A DNA stretch of 64,000 bases, from the NCBI GenBank assembly GCA_001805445.1, contig MHGF01000022.1, positions 10,613 to 74,612 of the forward strand. The letters run 5' to 3'. The notes under the pieces are model-generated. The model saw nothing but the letters and a program-made list of their open reading frames with translations. It searched no databases and was not told the origin of the DNA. The DNA is from Omnitrophica WOR_2 bacterium GWF2_43_52 (GTDB lineage: Bacteria > Omnitrophota > Gorgyraeia > Gygaellales > UBA12090). Positions 40,040 to 49,164 of the stretch are shown here, piece after piece (within the stretch, counting starts at the first letter, position 1; the number at the start of each line of letters is the position of its first letter). Both the position numbers and the translations under genes were made by a program.

Positions 40040-40654
40040 ATGGCACACATAACACATGTTCCTTTAAATTTTGAAGAAGCTTGGGATTTAGCTGACTTGG
40101 AGGGCAGGAAACATGATTTGGAGTGGGTGAAAGAAGTCAGTCAAAAATATCTACAATGTTTTGACAAAATTAGCGATTTTATTATTCATGATGTTTTCTG
40201 TTCTGCAATAATTGTGAGATATGGACGCGCTCATAACAAAGGGCGTAAGAAAATTATGCCAGCCGAATGTTTCAAAGGCTTAACGCAAGAAGAAAAAGAT
40301 AAGCATAATTTTTTTATGAACTTGCGAAATAAACATTACGCGCATTCTGCGAATAACTACGAATATAATATCCCCAAAGCATGGATTAGAAACATAGATT
40401 CTCCTGGCCCAGAGTTTGATCAGGTAGGTGTAGTACATGAACGTATTGTCGGATTAAGTATCCAAGAAATACGGGATATTATGTCTTTGGTAGAAAAATT
40501 ATTACCGAACCTAGAAAACAAGATTAAAGAAACAAAAAATACGGTAACAGAGATTGCAAAACGGATTTCGATTAGCGAATTGATAAAAAATAAATTTCCA
40601 GAAATACTTACGACAAAGGAATCCGCCGGACAACCAAGAAAACGAAAACTTTAA
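40040..40654 (+). CDS. Hypothetical protein (204 aa) with possible HEPN/Abi-like RN-x4-H motif
   Basis: NLRNKHYAHS motif; AT-rich; flanked by small TM proteins. Confidence 0.35.
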   Translation: MAHITHVPLNFEEAWDLADLEGRKHDLEWVKEVSQKYLQCFDKISDFIIHDVFCSAIIVRYGRAHNKGRKKIMPAECFKGLTQEEKDKHNFFMNLRNKHYAHSANNYEYNIPKAWIRNIDSPGPEFDQVGVVHERIVGLSIQEIRDIMSLVEKLLPNLENKIKETKNTVTEIAKRISISELIKNKFPEILTTKESAGQPRKRKL

Positions 40655-40690
40655 GTTGGAAAACAATGAGTATCCGGAGGCTAAAAGAAA

Positions 40691-41083
40691 ATGGATATAA
40701 GAAAAATTAAAAGAAGGCAGTGGTTGATTGTGATTCTTTTGGGTATCCCGACTTTTATACTAGGAAGATTCTTTCTGAAATATTACAGTAATTTATTGAC
40801 TATAGTCGTACTTCTTGTATGGCTGGGTACCCTTCGACTTATACTCCTTTTAGTTGAGAAAATTCAGAGAAAACCTATTAAGCAGATTCAAAAGAAAATA
40901 GACGCTTATGAGAAAATAACAAAAGAAGAATTTGAATTTTGGCAGAAGAATTACAATGGTCTTACAAATTATGGCACTTATGAAAATTATTTAAGAATCT
41001 GTGACTTGCCTCCAGACAAGCGAGATCCTTTCAGAGGGGTAGATTTTTCGAAAATATTTAAAACAAATAAAAATGAACATTAA
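40691..41083 (+). CDS. Small membrane protein (130 aa), hypothetical
   Basis: Two N-terminal TM helices then a charged soluble tail. Confidence 0.35.
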   Translation: MDIRKIKRRQWLIVILLGIPTFILGRFFLKYYSNLLTIVVLLVWLGTLRLILLLVEKIQRKPIKQIQKKIDAYEKITKEEFEFWQKNYNGLTNYGTYENYLRICDLPPDKRDPFRGVDFSKIFKTNKNEH

Positions 41084-41195
41084 TAAAATTATATTCTGAT
41101 AAGAGTTATTAAAGTTTTAGCTATAAAGATAGAAGAAACATAAATTTTCATCTCCGAAACAAATTTTTTTGTTGGCTCTCAAACCATCTCCACAA

Positions 41196-41232
41196 AAGGC
41201 TCGGCATGCCGCACCGCCGAGTTTTTTTTGTT
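41196..41232 (+). terminator. Rho-independent terminator after the 39.7-41.1 kb gene trio
   Basis: ggctcggcatgccgcaccgccgag followed by T8. Confidence 0.55.
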
Positions 41233-41573
41233 GCTGATTGCGGCATAGCGGACGAGCATAGGTAGTTTTTAGGGGACTAGAGCGAGGACGCTGGGGTTGG
41301 CGGCGCCGCCGCCAGCCCCAAGCCTAGCCGAACACGCACGGCATTAGCTGGAAGCCTACCGCCGAGGCAGGCGCCGAGTGAGTCCCGCTCCCAAGCGGGG
41401 CGAACGGTGCAAGGGAGATGCGGAAGCGCGCCCAAGCTCGCGGGACATTATTTCATTGACGAGGAATTGTGATTGTAATAATCTTGGAGTGAATAGTTTA
41501 TTTGACAAATTGCCTTTTGGGGCATTCCTCATAGGAAGAGCACTATCTTGTTCCTTTTCCTAAGATTCCCTCT

Positions 41574-41623
41574 AAAAAATTTTGCACGAAAATAGCTTCC
41601 TTTTACGTCTTATATAGTAGGGG
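41574..41623 (+). promoter_or_regulatory. Conserved promoter-like motif copy C3
   Basis: aaaaaattttgcacgaaaatagcttccttttacgtcttatatagtagggg. Confidence 0.5.
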
Positions 41624-41720
41624 CAATATTTTAACCCTAATTTGGCCAATTAGATGCCAAAGTAAACCTTGATGCGCCATTTTGGCACATCAAATCGGGC
41701 GTTGGAAGGAGGAATACACT

Positions 41721-42293
41721 ATGTCTAAGGCTATCACCGCGGAAATCATCGCTGCAGAAATTCTAGAATTTAGAGGAAAAAAGGTAATGCTGGATCGTGA
41801 TTTAGCAACACTTTATGGAGTTACTCCTAAAGTTTTGAATCAAGCAGTAAAAAGAAATATCAAACGTTTTCCTGAGGATTTTATGTTTCAGCTCTCTTGG
41901 GAAGAAACAGATTCTTTAAGGTCACAATTTGTGACCTTAAAGAATACAAGACTCGAAGCCTCCAAAAGAGGCAAACATATTAAATATCTCCCCTATGTTT
42001 TTACAGAACACGGTGTAGCTATGCTCTCCAGCGTTTTAAACAGCGAAAGAGCCATACAAGTGAACATCCAAATTATGAGGGCTTTTACTAAATTAAGAGA
42101 AATGCTGCTAACTCATAAAGACTTAGCAGAAAAGATTGAGACCCTTGAGAAGAAATACGCCGAACATGATCAGGCTATTAAGGCAATATTTGAAGCAATT
42201 AAACAGCTCCTTGAGCCGCCGCTAGCAAAACCAAAGCCACAGATTGGATTCCGCTCTTATAAAGAGCCTACAGAAGAAGTAAAATATGCCTAA
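41721..42293 (+). CDS. ORF6N-domain DNA-binding protein, paralog 2
   Basis: VMLDRDLATLYGVTPKVLNQAVKRNIKRFPEDFMFQLS; start set at MSKAITAEI after GGAAGGAGG SD. Confidence 0.75.
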   Translation: MSKAITAEIIAAEILEFRGKKVMLDRDLATLYGVTPKVLNQAVKRNIKRFPEDFMFQLSWEETDSLRSQFVTLKNTRLEASKRGKHIKYLPYVFTEHGVAMLSSVLNSERAIQVNIQIMRAFTKLREMLLTHKDLAEKIETLEKKYAEHDQAIKAIFEAIKQLLEPPLAKPKPQIGFRSYKEPTEEVKYA

Positions 42294-42585
42294 TTCGATC
42301 TCAACAGAAGTAATAACCAGTAAAATCTTTATGTTAAGAGGTAAAAAGGTAATATTGGATAGAGATTTAGCCCTGCTTTATGGTGCAACAACTAAACGGC
42401 TAAATGAACGGGTAAGAAGAAATGAAAAACGGTTTCCTGAGGATTTCATGTTTCAATTAACAAAACCCGAGAAAATCGAACTGGTCGCAATTTGCGGCCG
42501 GTTCGATTCTATGAAACATTCAACTGTTTTACCCTATGCCTTTACCGTATGTTTCGGCTTACTGGAGGAGAGCGTGATTTTTTGA
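42286..42585 (+). pseudogene. Truncated ORF6N-domain paralog 3 (pseudogene fragment)
   Basis: Intact N-terminal 70 aa (VILDRDLALLYGATTKRLNERVRRNEKRFPEDFMFQLT) then premature stop; downstream DNA (about 42586-42610) still matches ORF6N-1 nt about 39290-39320 (tcgcattytgcgacttcaagcyggg). Confidence 0.55.
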
Positions 42586-42633
42586 GGTCGCATTCTGCGA
42601 CTTCAAGCCGGGGATACGTTAGATAGGCTTTTG

Positions 42634-43056
42634 CTAAAAACTTACCCTATCCCCTATTTTTATTTCATTCTTCTTCGCAAAGCCGGCGTTTACTTCTAAG
42701 ACATACAACGCCTTATCGCCAGGCGTGAGGCTTTCGCAGGTTTGGTTACAGGTAGGGACATCGGTTTTTATATCCACGATCCGCTTATCTTTATCAATCC
42801 AGATGATATCCAAGGGGAAACGCATATTTTTCATCCAAAAGCTGTAGCGCGCTTCTTTTTCAAAAACAAAAAGCATCCCCTTGCTTTCGGGCAAGCCTTC
42901 CCGGTACATTAAGCCTCTCTGCCTCAAGGCATCAATATCCGCGATTTCCGCCTCTACGCAGACATCGTTAAGGCAAACCCGCGTAATCGGCTCTTGGGCA
43001 CAAAGGACAGTGCAAAAAATCAGCCAAGAGATAAAAGTTATTGTTTTTACTCGCAT
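42634..43056 (-). CDS. DUF192 family secreted protein
   Basis: Signal peptide and MRFPLDIIWIDKDKRIVDI core typical of DUF192. Confidence 0.6.
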   Translation of the reverse strand: MRVKTITFISWLIFCTVLCAQEPITRVCLNDVCVEAEIADIDALRQRGLMYREGLPESKGMLFVFEKEARYSFWMKNMRFPLDIIWIDKDKRIVDIKTDVPTCNQTCESLTPGDKALYVLEVNAGFAKKNEIKIGDRVSF

Positions 43057-43103
43057 ATCAAACCTGTGAAAAATGAATGGGTTATGTTATAATAAGTATA
43101 CTA

Positions 43104-43150
43104 CAAAATTTTTGGGAATAAAATGAGAACTTTTTACGTCTAATATGGTG
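43104..43150 (+). promoter_or_regulatory. Diverged copy C4 of the conserved promoter-like motif, upstream of the ECF sigma gene
   Basis: acaaaatttttgggaataaaatgagaactttttacgtctaatatgg; shares AAAATTTTTG and TTTTTACGTCTnATAT blocks with C1-C3. Confidence 0.45.
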
Positions 43151-43161
43151 AAAGGGCAATA

Positions 43162-43701
43162 ATGGACGAAGATTTAGAACTTATCAATAAGTTCAAAAGC
43201 GGACATTTGGAGGGTTTTGAGATGCTGGTGAAAAAATATCACACAAGGGTTATCACTATTGCCAATTCCTTCGTTGGCAATACCAGCGATGCCGAAGATA
43301 TCGCCCAGGAAACGTTTCTTAAAATATACCATACTCTGGAAAGCTTTAAGGCCCAGGCAAAATTCTCCAGCTGGCTTTATAGAATTACCGTCAATACTGC
43401 CTATGACCATTTACGAAAAAATAAACACAAGCCTCTATCGCTTGATGAGATTGACTACTCTGCTATAAGCGACAATAAAAACCGCGAAGACCTGGTAGCC
43501 AAAGAAGCGATGCAAGAAGCCTTGAATAAAATCCCCTTTGATTTTAGAAGCGCGCTTACTTTGAAAGAAATTGAAGGCCTCTCCTATCAAGAAATTGCCG
43601 AGGCCTTAAAAATAACTATCGGCACGGTAGAATCGCGCATTTTCAGGGCGCGCCAAATACTTAAAAAACTGCTTACGCACAAGGAGCCAGACAAAAGATG
43701 A
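43162..43701 (+). CDS. ECF-type RNA polymerase sigma factor (sigma-70 family group IV)
   Basis: Region 2 (DAEDIAQETFLKIYHTLESF...WLYRITVNTAYD) and region 4 (LSYQEIAEALKITIGTVESRIFRARQ). Confidence 0.9.
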   Translation: MDEDLELINKFKSGHLEGFEMLVKKYHTRVITIANSFVGNTSDAEDIAQETFLKIYHTLESFKAQAKFSSWLYRITVNTAYDHLRKNKHKPLSLDEIDYSAISDNKNREDLVAKEAMQEALNKIPFDFRSALTLKEIEGLSYQEIAEALKITIGTVESRIFRARQILKKLLTHKEPDKR

Positions 43702-44180
43702 ACTGCGCACACTCAAGACGTATAAGCCGCTACGCGGATAACGAACTCCCTCAAAAAGAAAAAGAGTTTTTAGACAAGCACATATTCACCTGCCCTCCCT
43801 GCCTGCACGAGCTAAAGGCCATTACTTCAATAAAAGAACGCATCCTTAAAAATAAAGTTGATACGAATGCCGGATTCTTCTGGCAGACGCTTAAAAAGCG
43901 CATCGATACAGAAGCACGCGCTGTATCAACGAAAGAAATGTTTTCCTTGGACTTCGGTAGTTGGGCAAAGCGGCTGATTCCCGTTCCGATTTTTGCAAGC
44001 CTTCTCGTGCTTGCGTTCTTAACTATAAACTCTAGAAACTCAAATTTAATTGATGCATACCTATTTACCAATCAAGACAGCAGTGTTTTAGAGCTGATGG
44101 ATAATGCCGGTAGCCAATCAGAGATAAATATACTGCTGTATAACCAAACCTCTTTCTTACGCTCGCAATCGATATGCTAA
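43698..44180 (+). CDS. Zinc-finger (zf-HC2) anti-sigma factor with one TM segment
   Basis: HIFTCPPCLHEL motif; ATGA start overlap with the sigma gene. Confidence 0.7.
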   Translation: MNCAHSRRISRYADNELPQKEKEFLDKHIFTCPPCLHELKAITSIKERILKNKVDTNAGFFWQTLKKRIDTEARAVSTKEMFSLDFGSWAKRLIPVPIFASLLVLAFLTINSRNSNLIDAYLFTNQDSSVLELMDNAGSQSEINILLYNQTSFLRSQSIC

Positions 44181-44211
44181 AGCGCAGAGAAAAGGATAAA
44201 AGGAGGTCACA

Positions 44212-44748
44212 ATGAAAAAAACAGCTATCTACGCGGTAACACTCACTGTTATTTCTCTTGGGGCAGGAGCGGTGATAGGCGTGGCGGTTGACCACCAGCT
44301 CATAAAGAAACGCCTGCAGCGTTTGCACCATGACAAAATAGCAAAATTTCAACAGGCCAGACAAGGAGGGCCAAAGGAACTATTTGAAAAGATATCTAGT
44401 GCTTTGCGCCTTGATGATAAGCAAAAAGAAGTTGTTAAACAAATTTTAGAAAAGACGCGTAACGACATTGCCGAAATCGGCAAAGAAGCACATGAGAAGA
44501 TGCTTACGGTGCGTAACGAAAGTAATGACAGGATGCGGGAAATCCTTAATCCCCAGCAGCAGCAACAATTTCAGAAGATGTTATCCGACTTGGAAGAAAA
44601 AGGACAAAAGGCGCGCCGCTTCTTACAAAGGCGCTTAAGCCCGCAGCCTCCCGCGCCGGGAGAGGCTCCCGAGGCAGATGAGCATCTTCCTCCTCCCCCG
44701 CCACCTGGAGCGCCTGAAGATTTTCCTGAACCACCGGAAAATTTCTGA
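44212..44748 (+). CDS. Periplasmic Spy/CpxP-like (LTXXQ-motif) protein with Pro-rich C-terminus
   Basis: Signal peptide; LDDKQKEVVKQIL and LNPQQQQQFQKML repeats; PPPPPPGAPEDFPEPP tail. Confidence 0.45.
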   Translation: MKKTAIYAVTLTVISLGAGAVIGVAVDHQLIKKRLQRLHHDKIAKFQQARQGGPKELFEKISSALRLDDKQKEVVKQILEKTRNDIAEIGKEAHEKMLTVRNESNDRMREILNPQQQQQFQKMLSDLEEKGQKARRFLQRRLSPQPPAPGEAPEADEHLPPPPPPGAPEDFPEPPENF

Positions 44749-44773
44749 TTAAAGAGAACTTCACCTTATAGCA

Positions 44774-44818
44774 AAAGAGGAGAGGCGCCTTTCTAATGAG
44801 TTGCCTCTCCTCTTTTTA
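44774..44818 (+). terminator. Rho-independent terminator after the sigma/anti-sigma/Spy-like operon
   Basis: aaagaggagaggc ... gcctctcctcttt then TTTAT. Confidence 0.6.
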
Positions 44819-45833
44819 TCCTTAACTGCCCACAGGCTCCTTCTATATCCTGGCCGCGGGATTTCCGCAGCGTCACCACAAGCCCTGCCCGTATCAAAGC
44901 GTGGCTGAATTTTTCGGTCTCGCCTTTATCCGGGGCCTTATAAGGCAATTCCTTTACCGGATTATAGATGAGTAAATTAACCTTGGCATTCCAGCCTTTT
45001 AAAAGCCTGATAATATCTTGAGCGGCTTCTTGCGAACAATTAATTCCTTTAAGTAAAGCATATTCAAAAGTAACCTGACGATTGGTATCTACAGCGTATT
45101 TTTTACAGGCTGCGATTAATTCATTAAGCGGATATTTCTTATTAACAGGCATGAGGCGGCTTCTCGTGAGGCTATCGGCGGAGTGCAAAGATACCGAAAG
45201 CTCTATTTGTAAACCCTCAGAAGCCAAGCGCTTAATTCCCGGAATAATTCCTGATGTAGAAACCGTTATCCTGCGCGCGCCAATACCGAAACCTTCCTTG
45301 CTATTAATAATTCGTATTGCCTTAAGAACATTATCATAATTATCGAGAGGCTCTCCCGTACCCATAAATACAACATGCGTAACCCTCCCCGCACCCCCGC
45401 GGTGCGTGTGGGTTATTGCCAAAAGCTGTGCCAGGATTTCCCAGGCCTTTAAATTCCTCTTGAAACCCAACAATCCGCTCGCGCAGAAATCGCAGGCATA
45501 TTTACAACCAACCTGCGATGAAAGACACACAGTATTTCTGCCTCGAGCAGGTATTACTACCGACTCAACTGAACTCCCATCTTCTAAACGAAAAAGGAAT
45601 TTTCTTGTTCCATCCCTTGATTCCTGCAAAGTAATTAATGCTATCGCCCTATGGGCGAATGTTTCCGTGAGCCGGCTTCGTAGGGACGCGGAAAGATTGG
45701 TCATTGCATCAAAGGAACACGCTCCCCTCTGGTATAACCAAGAAAATATCTGTTTGGCATGATATAACGGCTCATGCCAGTCTTTCAAAACAGATTCTAC
45801 TTCTTGCAGGGAGCAATTTTTTATATCGGTCAT
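44793..45833 (-). CDS. rlmN: 23S rRNA/tRNA m2A methyltransferase RlmN (radical SAM)
   Basis: CKYACDFCASG radical-SAM cluster and RlmN-specific C-terminal Cys. Confidence 0.9.
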   Translation of the reverse strand: MTDIKNCSLQEVESVLKDWHEPLYHAKQIFSWLYQRGACSFDAMTNLSASLRSRLTETFAHRAIALITLQESRDGTRKFLFRLEDGSSVESVVIPARGRNTVCLSSQVGCKYACDFCASGLLGFKRNLKAWEILAQLLAITHTHRGGAGRVTHVVFMGTGEPLDNYDNVLKAIRIINSKEGFGIGARRITVSTSGIIPGIKRLASEGLQIELSVSLHSADSLTRSRLMPVNKKYPLNELIAACKKYAVDTNRQVTFEYALLKGINCSQEAAQDIIRLLKGWNAKVNLLIYNPVKELPYKAPDKGETEKFSHALIRAGLVVTLRKSRGQDIEGACGQLRIKRGEATH

Positions 45834-47107
45834 TGCCGTAGTATAGTTTTTACTATCTCGCGCGCCTTAATGGCCTCAACATTGCCACGCACCTCTTGCA
45901 TCCGCGGAGTAAGGCTCACAACAACCAGAAACCTCATGATTGATGAAATAAAAAAAAGAAATAATAAGCGGTATCCAAAGAGTTCAGGGACATGCGTTGC
46001 TAAATATCCGCCAATCAACGCCCCCGCGCTGCTGGCCAATCCGTTAATGACGTTAAAATAAGAAAAGCATCGCGTGCGTTTTGCCGCGCTGACGCTGTCA
46101 AAAATAAAATTAGTAACACACAGGTTAAAACCGCTCCAGGCAAATCCGCCTAAAATCTGGACAAACACTAAGAAAACAGGATGACGGTAAATAATCCACG
46201 GCAAGGGAAGGCTGGCAATAAAACACGCGGTAAATTTCAAGACACGGATATTCCCCACCCTGTCCGCGAGCCTGCCCCAGCGCTCTATCAACAAAAGGGA
46301 AGTAATGGGAACGGTAACCATCACGAGCGTATACGTGATATAGCTTAGTTTCATATCCCGGAGCATAAAGACGGCAAAAAACGGCGCGGCGATATTAACG
46401 CAAAAATTTAGCCCCGCGGCAAAGAAAACAAATTGGGCGAAATTACTTTCTTTCGCGCGTTTTAAAAAAGCTAAAAAGCTAAAGTAGCTTTCATGGCTAT
46501 GCCTGAAGGTAGGCTCATACATCTTCATCAGAAAATAGCAGCAACTCACGCGCGCTACCAATGCGAAAATAAGAATGATAAGGAATCCCGCGAGTATGTT
46601 ATGCTTAAAAAGCTGTAGAATCACTCCCGCGGAAAGCGATGAAACAACAACCATAAACCCCAGTGCCCTGTTACGCCAGCCAAAATAAGCCCCTCGCTTA
46701 GACGCGGGGATATACTCGCTCATAAGCGAAAGCCATGGCCCTAAGCTTACCGCGCCAAAACCAGTAAAGATGACCACTAAAACAATCAGCATCACCGCGG
46801 GATTGTTCTTGATACAATACGGAATAAACATAATAGGAAGTAAGGTCAACGCCTGAAAAAACACAGAACTTAGAATAATTTTTTTACGGCTGGCGAGGCG
46901 TTCGGTAAAATCCGCGCTCTTTAACTGGATTAACGCGGAACAAAGATTGGGCAGAGAACTTAAAAGGCCAATTTGCTTAACAGAAGCTTTGAGCATAAGC
47001 GCATAGGGAATGATGTAATCTTGCGTAAAACCAATCATTATGGAAGCGCCTATACCATCCCAATATGAAACACGCAGGCTCTTTCTAATTTTGTTATCTT
47101 TAGACAT
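45830..47107 (-). CDS. MFS transporter
   Basis: 12-TM profile, MFS motif-A-like GRLADRVG. Confidence 0.8.
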   Translation of the reverse strand: MSKDNKIRKSLRVSYWDGIGASIMIGFTQDYIIPYALMLKASVKQIGLLSSLPNLCSALIQLKSADFTERLASRKKIILSSVFFQALTLLPIMFIPYCIKNNPAVMLIVLVVIFTGFGAVSLGPWLSLMSEYIPASKRGAYFGWRNRALGFMVVVSSLSAGVILQLFKHNILAGFLIILIFALVARVSCCYFLMKMYEPTFRHSHESYFSFLAFLKRAKESNFAQFVFFAAGLNFCVNIAAPFFAVFMLRDMKLSYITYTLVMVTVPITSLLLIERWGRLADRVGNIRVLKFTACFIASLPLPWIIYRHPVFLVFVQILGGFAWSGFNLCVTNFIFDSVSAAKRTRCFSYFNVINGLASSAGALIGGYLATHVPELFGYRLLFLFFISSIMRFLVVVSLTPRMQEVRGNVEAIKAREIVKTILRQ

Positions 47108-47280
47108 CTTATAAATAAAGAAATAACCAATCCCAAAATCTCAAGAACCAAATAAATCCCACTATCCAATGACCATAGTATCAAACTGTTTGGTAATTGA
47201 TAAATTGATTATTGGATATTATCTGGTTATTGCCTGCCTCTGGCAGGGATCTTGGTTATTGGTTATTTTCCTCTGCCTGT

Positions 47281-48306
47281 TTAGGGCTGAATAATAATTT
47301 TGATGGATTCCTTTGACTCAACCATAAGCCGAAAACCATCCCCTATGTTCGCTAAAGGGAACCGATGGGTAATTAACGGATTCACTTCAATTTTCTTAGC
47401 CCGAAGCAACTCTAAGGCCTGCGCGTTATCCGACGGGCTTGAGCCGTATGAATGGAGTATCTTTATGTTATTACGCCAAAAATCATTTACCGGGATATTA
47501 AAGGTTACCCCAGGAGAGGTAGGCGCGAAACAAAGAATAGCCCCCGCGCGCTCTACGGTATTGAGCGCCTGGTTAAAAACAGACTGAGCGCTCGCGCAGA
47601 TAATCACGATATCCGCTAAACGGTTTTCATTTACCCCGCGCAAGGAAGTAACGATATCCTCTTTCGCGTTAAAGACGAAATCCGCGCCTAATTCTTTGGC
47701 TTTCCTTAAGCGGAATTCGTTGATATCGGTCATAATAACTCTTCCTGCGCCGGAAGCCTTGGCTAATAAAAGGTGCAGTAACCCCGAAATGCCACTGCCT
47801 AAAACAAGCACAGTATCCGTTGTCTTAACCTGAACTGCTCTCTGGGCGCGCAACACGCAGGCAAGCGGCTCTATAAACGTTCCCTGTTCGAATGAAACCT
47901 CATCGGGCAAAAGCAAGCTGCCGCGTTCTACATTAATCGCGGGCACCCGGATATATTCCGCGAAACCACCGGGAAAATAGTTTGTTGTATGCAGCATCTG
48001 GCAGGCAGTATGATTACCGGCTACACAATAGCGGCAGCTATTACAAGGAACATGATGGGCTACAAACACCCTATCGCCGACTTTATACTTCTTAAGCCCC
48101 TGGCCTATTTCAGTAATTTCACCGGTTGCTTCATGGCCTAAGACTAAGGGCGCCTTTTTAATCCGATACCATTCCATAACATCGGAGCCACAAATCCCGC
48201 TTGCCTTCACTTTAAACAGGAATTCCCCGGCCTCGATTTTTGGCTTGGGCATTTCTTCAAGGCGCACATCATTGTTGCTATAATACATTCCTACCCGCAT
48301 CTTCAT
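47281..48306 (-). CDS. Zinc-dependent alcohol dehydrogenase (MDR family; threonine/sorbitol dehydrogenase-like)
   Basis: GHEATGEITEIG...GDRV zinc signature, structural-zinc Cys cluster (CNSCRYCVAGNHTAC), GxGxxG. Confidence 0.85.
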   Translation of the reverse strand: MKMRVGMYYSNNDVRLEEMPKPKIEAGEFLFKVKASGICGSDVMEWYRIKKAPLVLGHEATGEITEIGQGLKKYKVGDRVFVAHHVPCNSCRYCVAGNHTACQMLHTTNYFPGGFAEYIRVPAINVERGSLLLPDEVSFEQGTFIEPLACVLRAQRAVQVKTTDTVLVLGSGISGLLHLLLAKASGAGRVIMTDINEFRLRKAKELGADFVFNAKEDIVTSLRGVNENRLADIVIICASAQSVFNQALNTVERAGAILCFAPTSPGVTFNIPVNDFWRNNIKILHSYGSSPSDNAQALELLRAKKIEVNPLITHRFPLANIGDGFRLMVESKESIKIIIQP

Positions 48307-48343
48307 CTCTTTCTTACCATTGGAAAAGAAAACTAAAACATTC

Positions 48344-49144
48344 TTAATGATATTCTACATTCTTAATCTCGTTGAATACCTCAAGCGCTTTCTTTACATT
48401 GGCATCCTTATGCACTATCGCCTGCAAGGCCTTAGCCATAGCTACCGGGTACTTACTCTGCCACACATTCCTTCCTAAATTAATGCCAATCGCTCCTTTT
48501 TGCATTCCATCATAAACAAATTCCAAGACCTCTTTTTCTGTTTCGCATTGAGGGCCGCCGGCAATCACTACAGGAACAGGACAGCCTGCGACAACCTTAT
48601 CAAAATCCTTATCACACCAATAGGTTTTCACAATCCGCGCTCCTAATTCCGCGCAGATGCGGCAGGCTAAACCCAAATACCGCGCGTCGCGCTTCTCCAA
48701 TTCCTTGCCTACCGCGGTAACAGACATTACAGGAATCCCGTACGCTTCACATTCATTAACTAATTTTGAAAGATTCATAAGCGTCTGATGTTCATACTCG
48801 CTTCCTACAAAAACAGAAATCCCTACAGCCGAAGCATTAAGACGGATAATCTCTTCTATAGAAGTAGTCAGGCCCTCATGAGCTAAATCTTTTCCAACCA
48901 TACTCGTTCCGCCTGAAACCCGTAAAATAATCGGTTTGGTATTTGACGGATCTATCGCCGAACGCAAAACTCCCCGGCTGACAAATAAAGCGTCATAATA
49001 AGGCAAAAGCGGCCTGATAGTTTCCCCGGGCTTTTCCAGACATCTGGTCGGCCCCTGAAAATATCCATGGTCAATAGGCATAAAAAAACATTTCCCGTCT
49101 GACGGAATTACCTGAGCTAAACGATTCTTCATTCCCCAGTCCAT
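48344..49144 (-). CDS. DhnA-type class I aldolase family protein (COG1830; LsrF / ADH-synthase-like)
   Basis: ...GARIVKTYW... Schiff-base lysine region and overall DhnA-like layout. Confidence 0.65.
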   Translation of the reverse strand: MDWGMKNRLAQVIPSDGKCFFMPIDHGYFQGPTRCLEKPGETIRPLLPYYDALFVSRGVLRSAIDPSNTKPIILRVSGGTSMVGKDLAHEGLTTSIEEIIRLNASAVGISVFVGSEYEHQTLMNLSKLVNECEAYGIPVMSVTAVGKELEKRDARYLGLACRICAELGARIVKTYWCDKDFDKVVAGCPVPVVIAGGPQCETEKEVLEFVYDGMQKGAIGINLGRNVWQSKYPVAMAKALQAIVHKDANVKKALEVFNEIKNVEYH

Positions 49145-49164
49145 GTTATAACCTCCTTATAAAA

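Noticed and set aside
41235-41480. RNase P RNA, SRP RNA or tmRNA in the GC-rich segment
   Set aside because: It lacks the conserved GGAAAGUCCGG / AGGUCCGGAAGGAAGCAGC / tRNA-like terminal motifs.
41378-41563. 61-aa ORF inside the GC-rich segment
   Set aside because: Arg/Ser/Cys-rich low-complexity translation with no SD. More likely non-coding.
42500-42520. GGTTCGATTC T-loop-like sequence as a third tRNA
   Set aside because: It lies inside ORF6N-3 coding sequence and has no flanking acceptor/anticodon stems.
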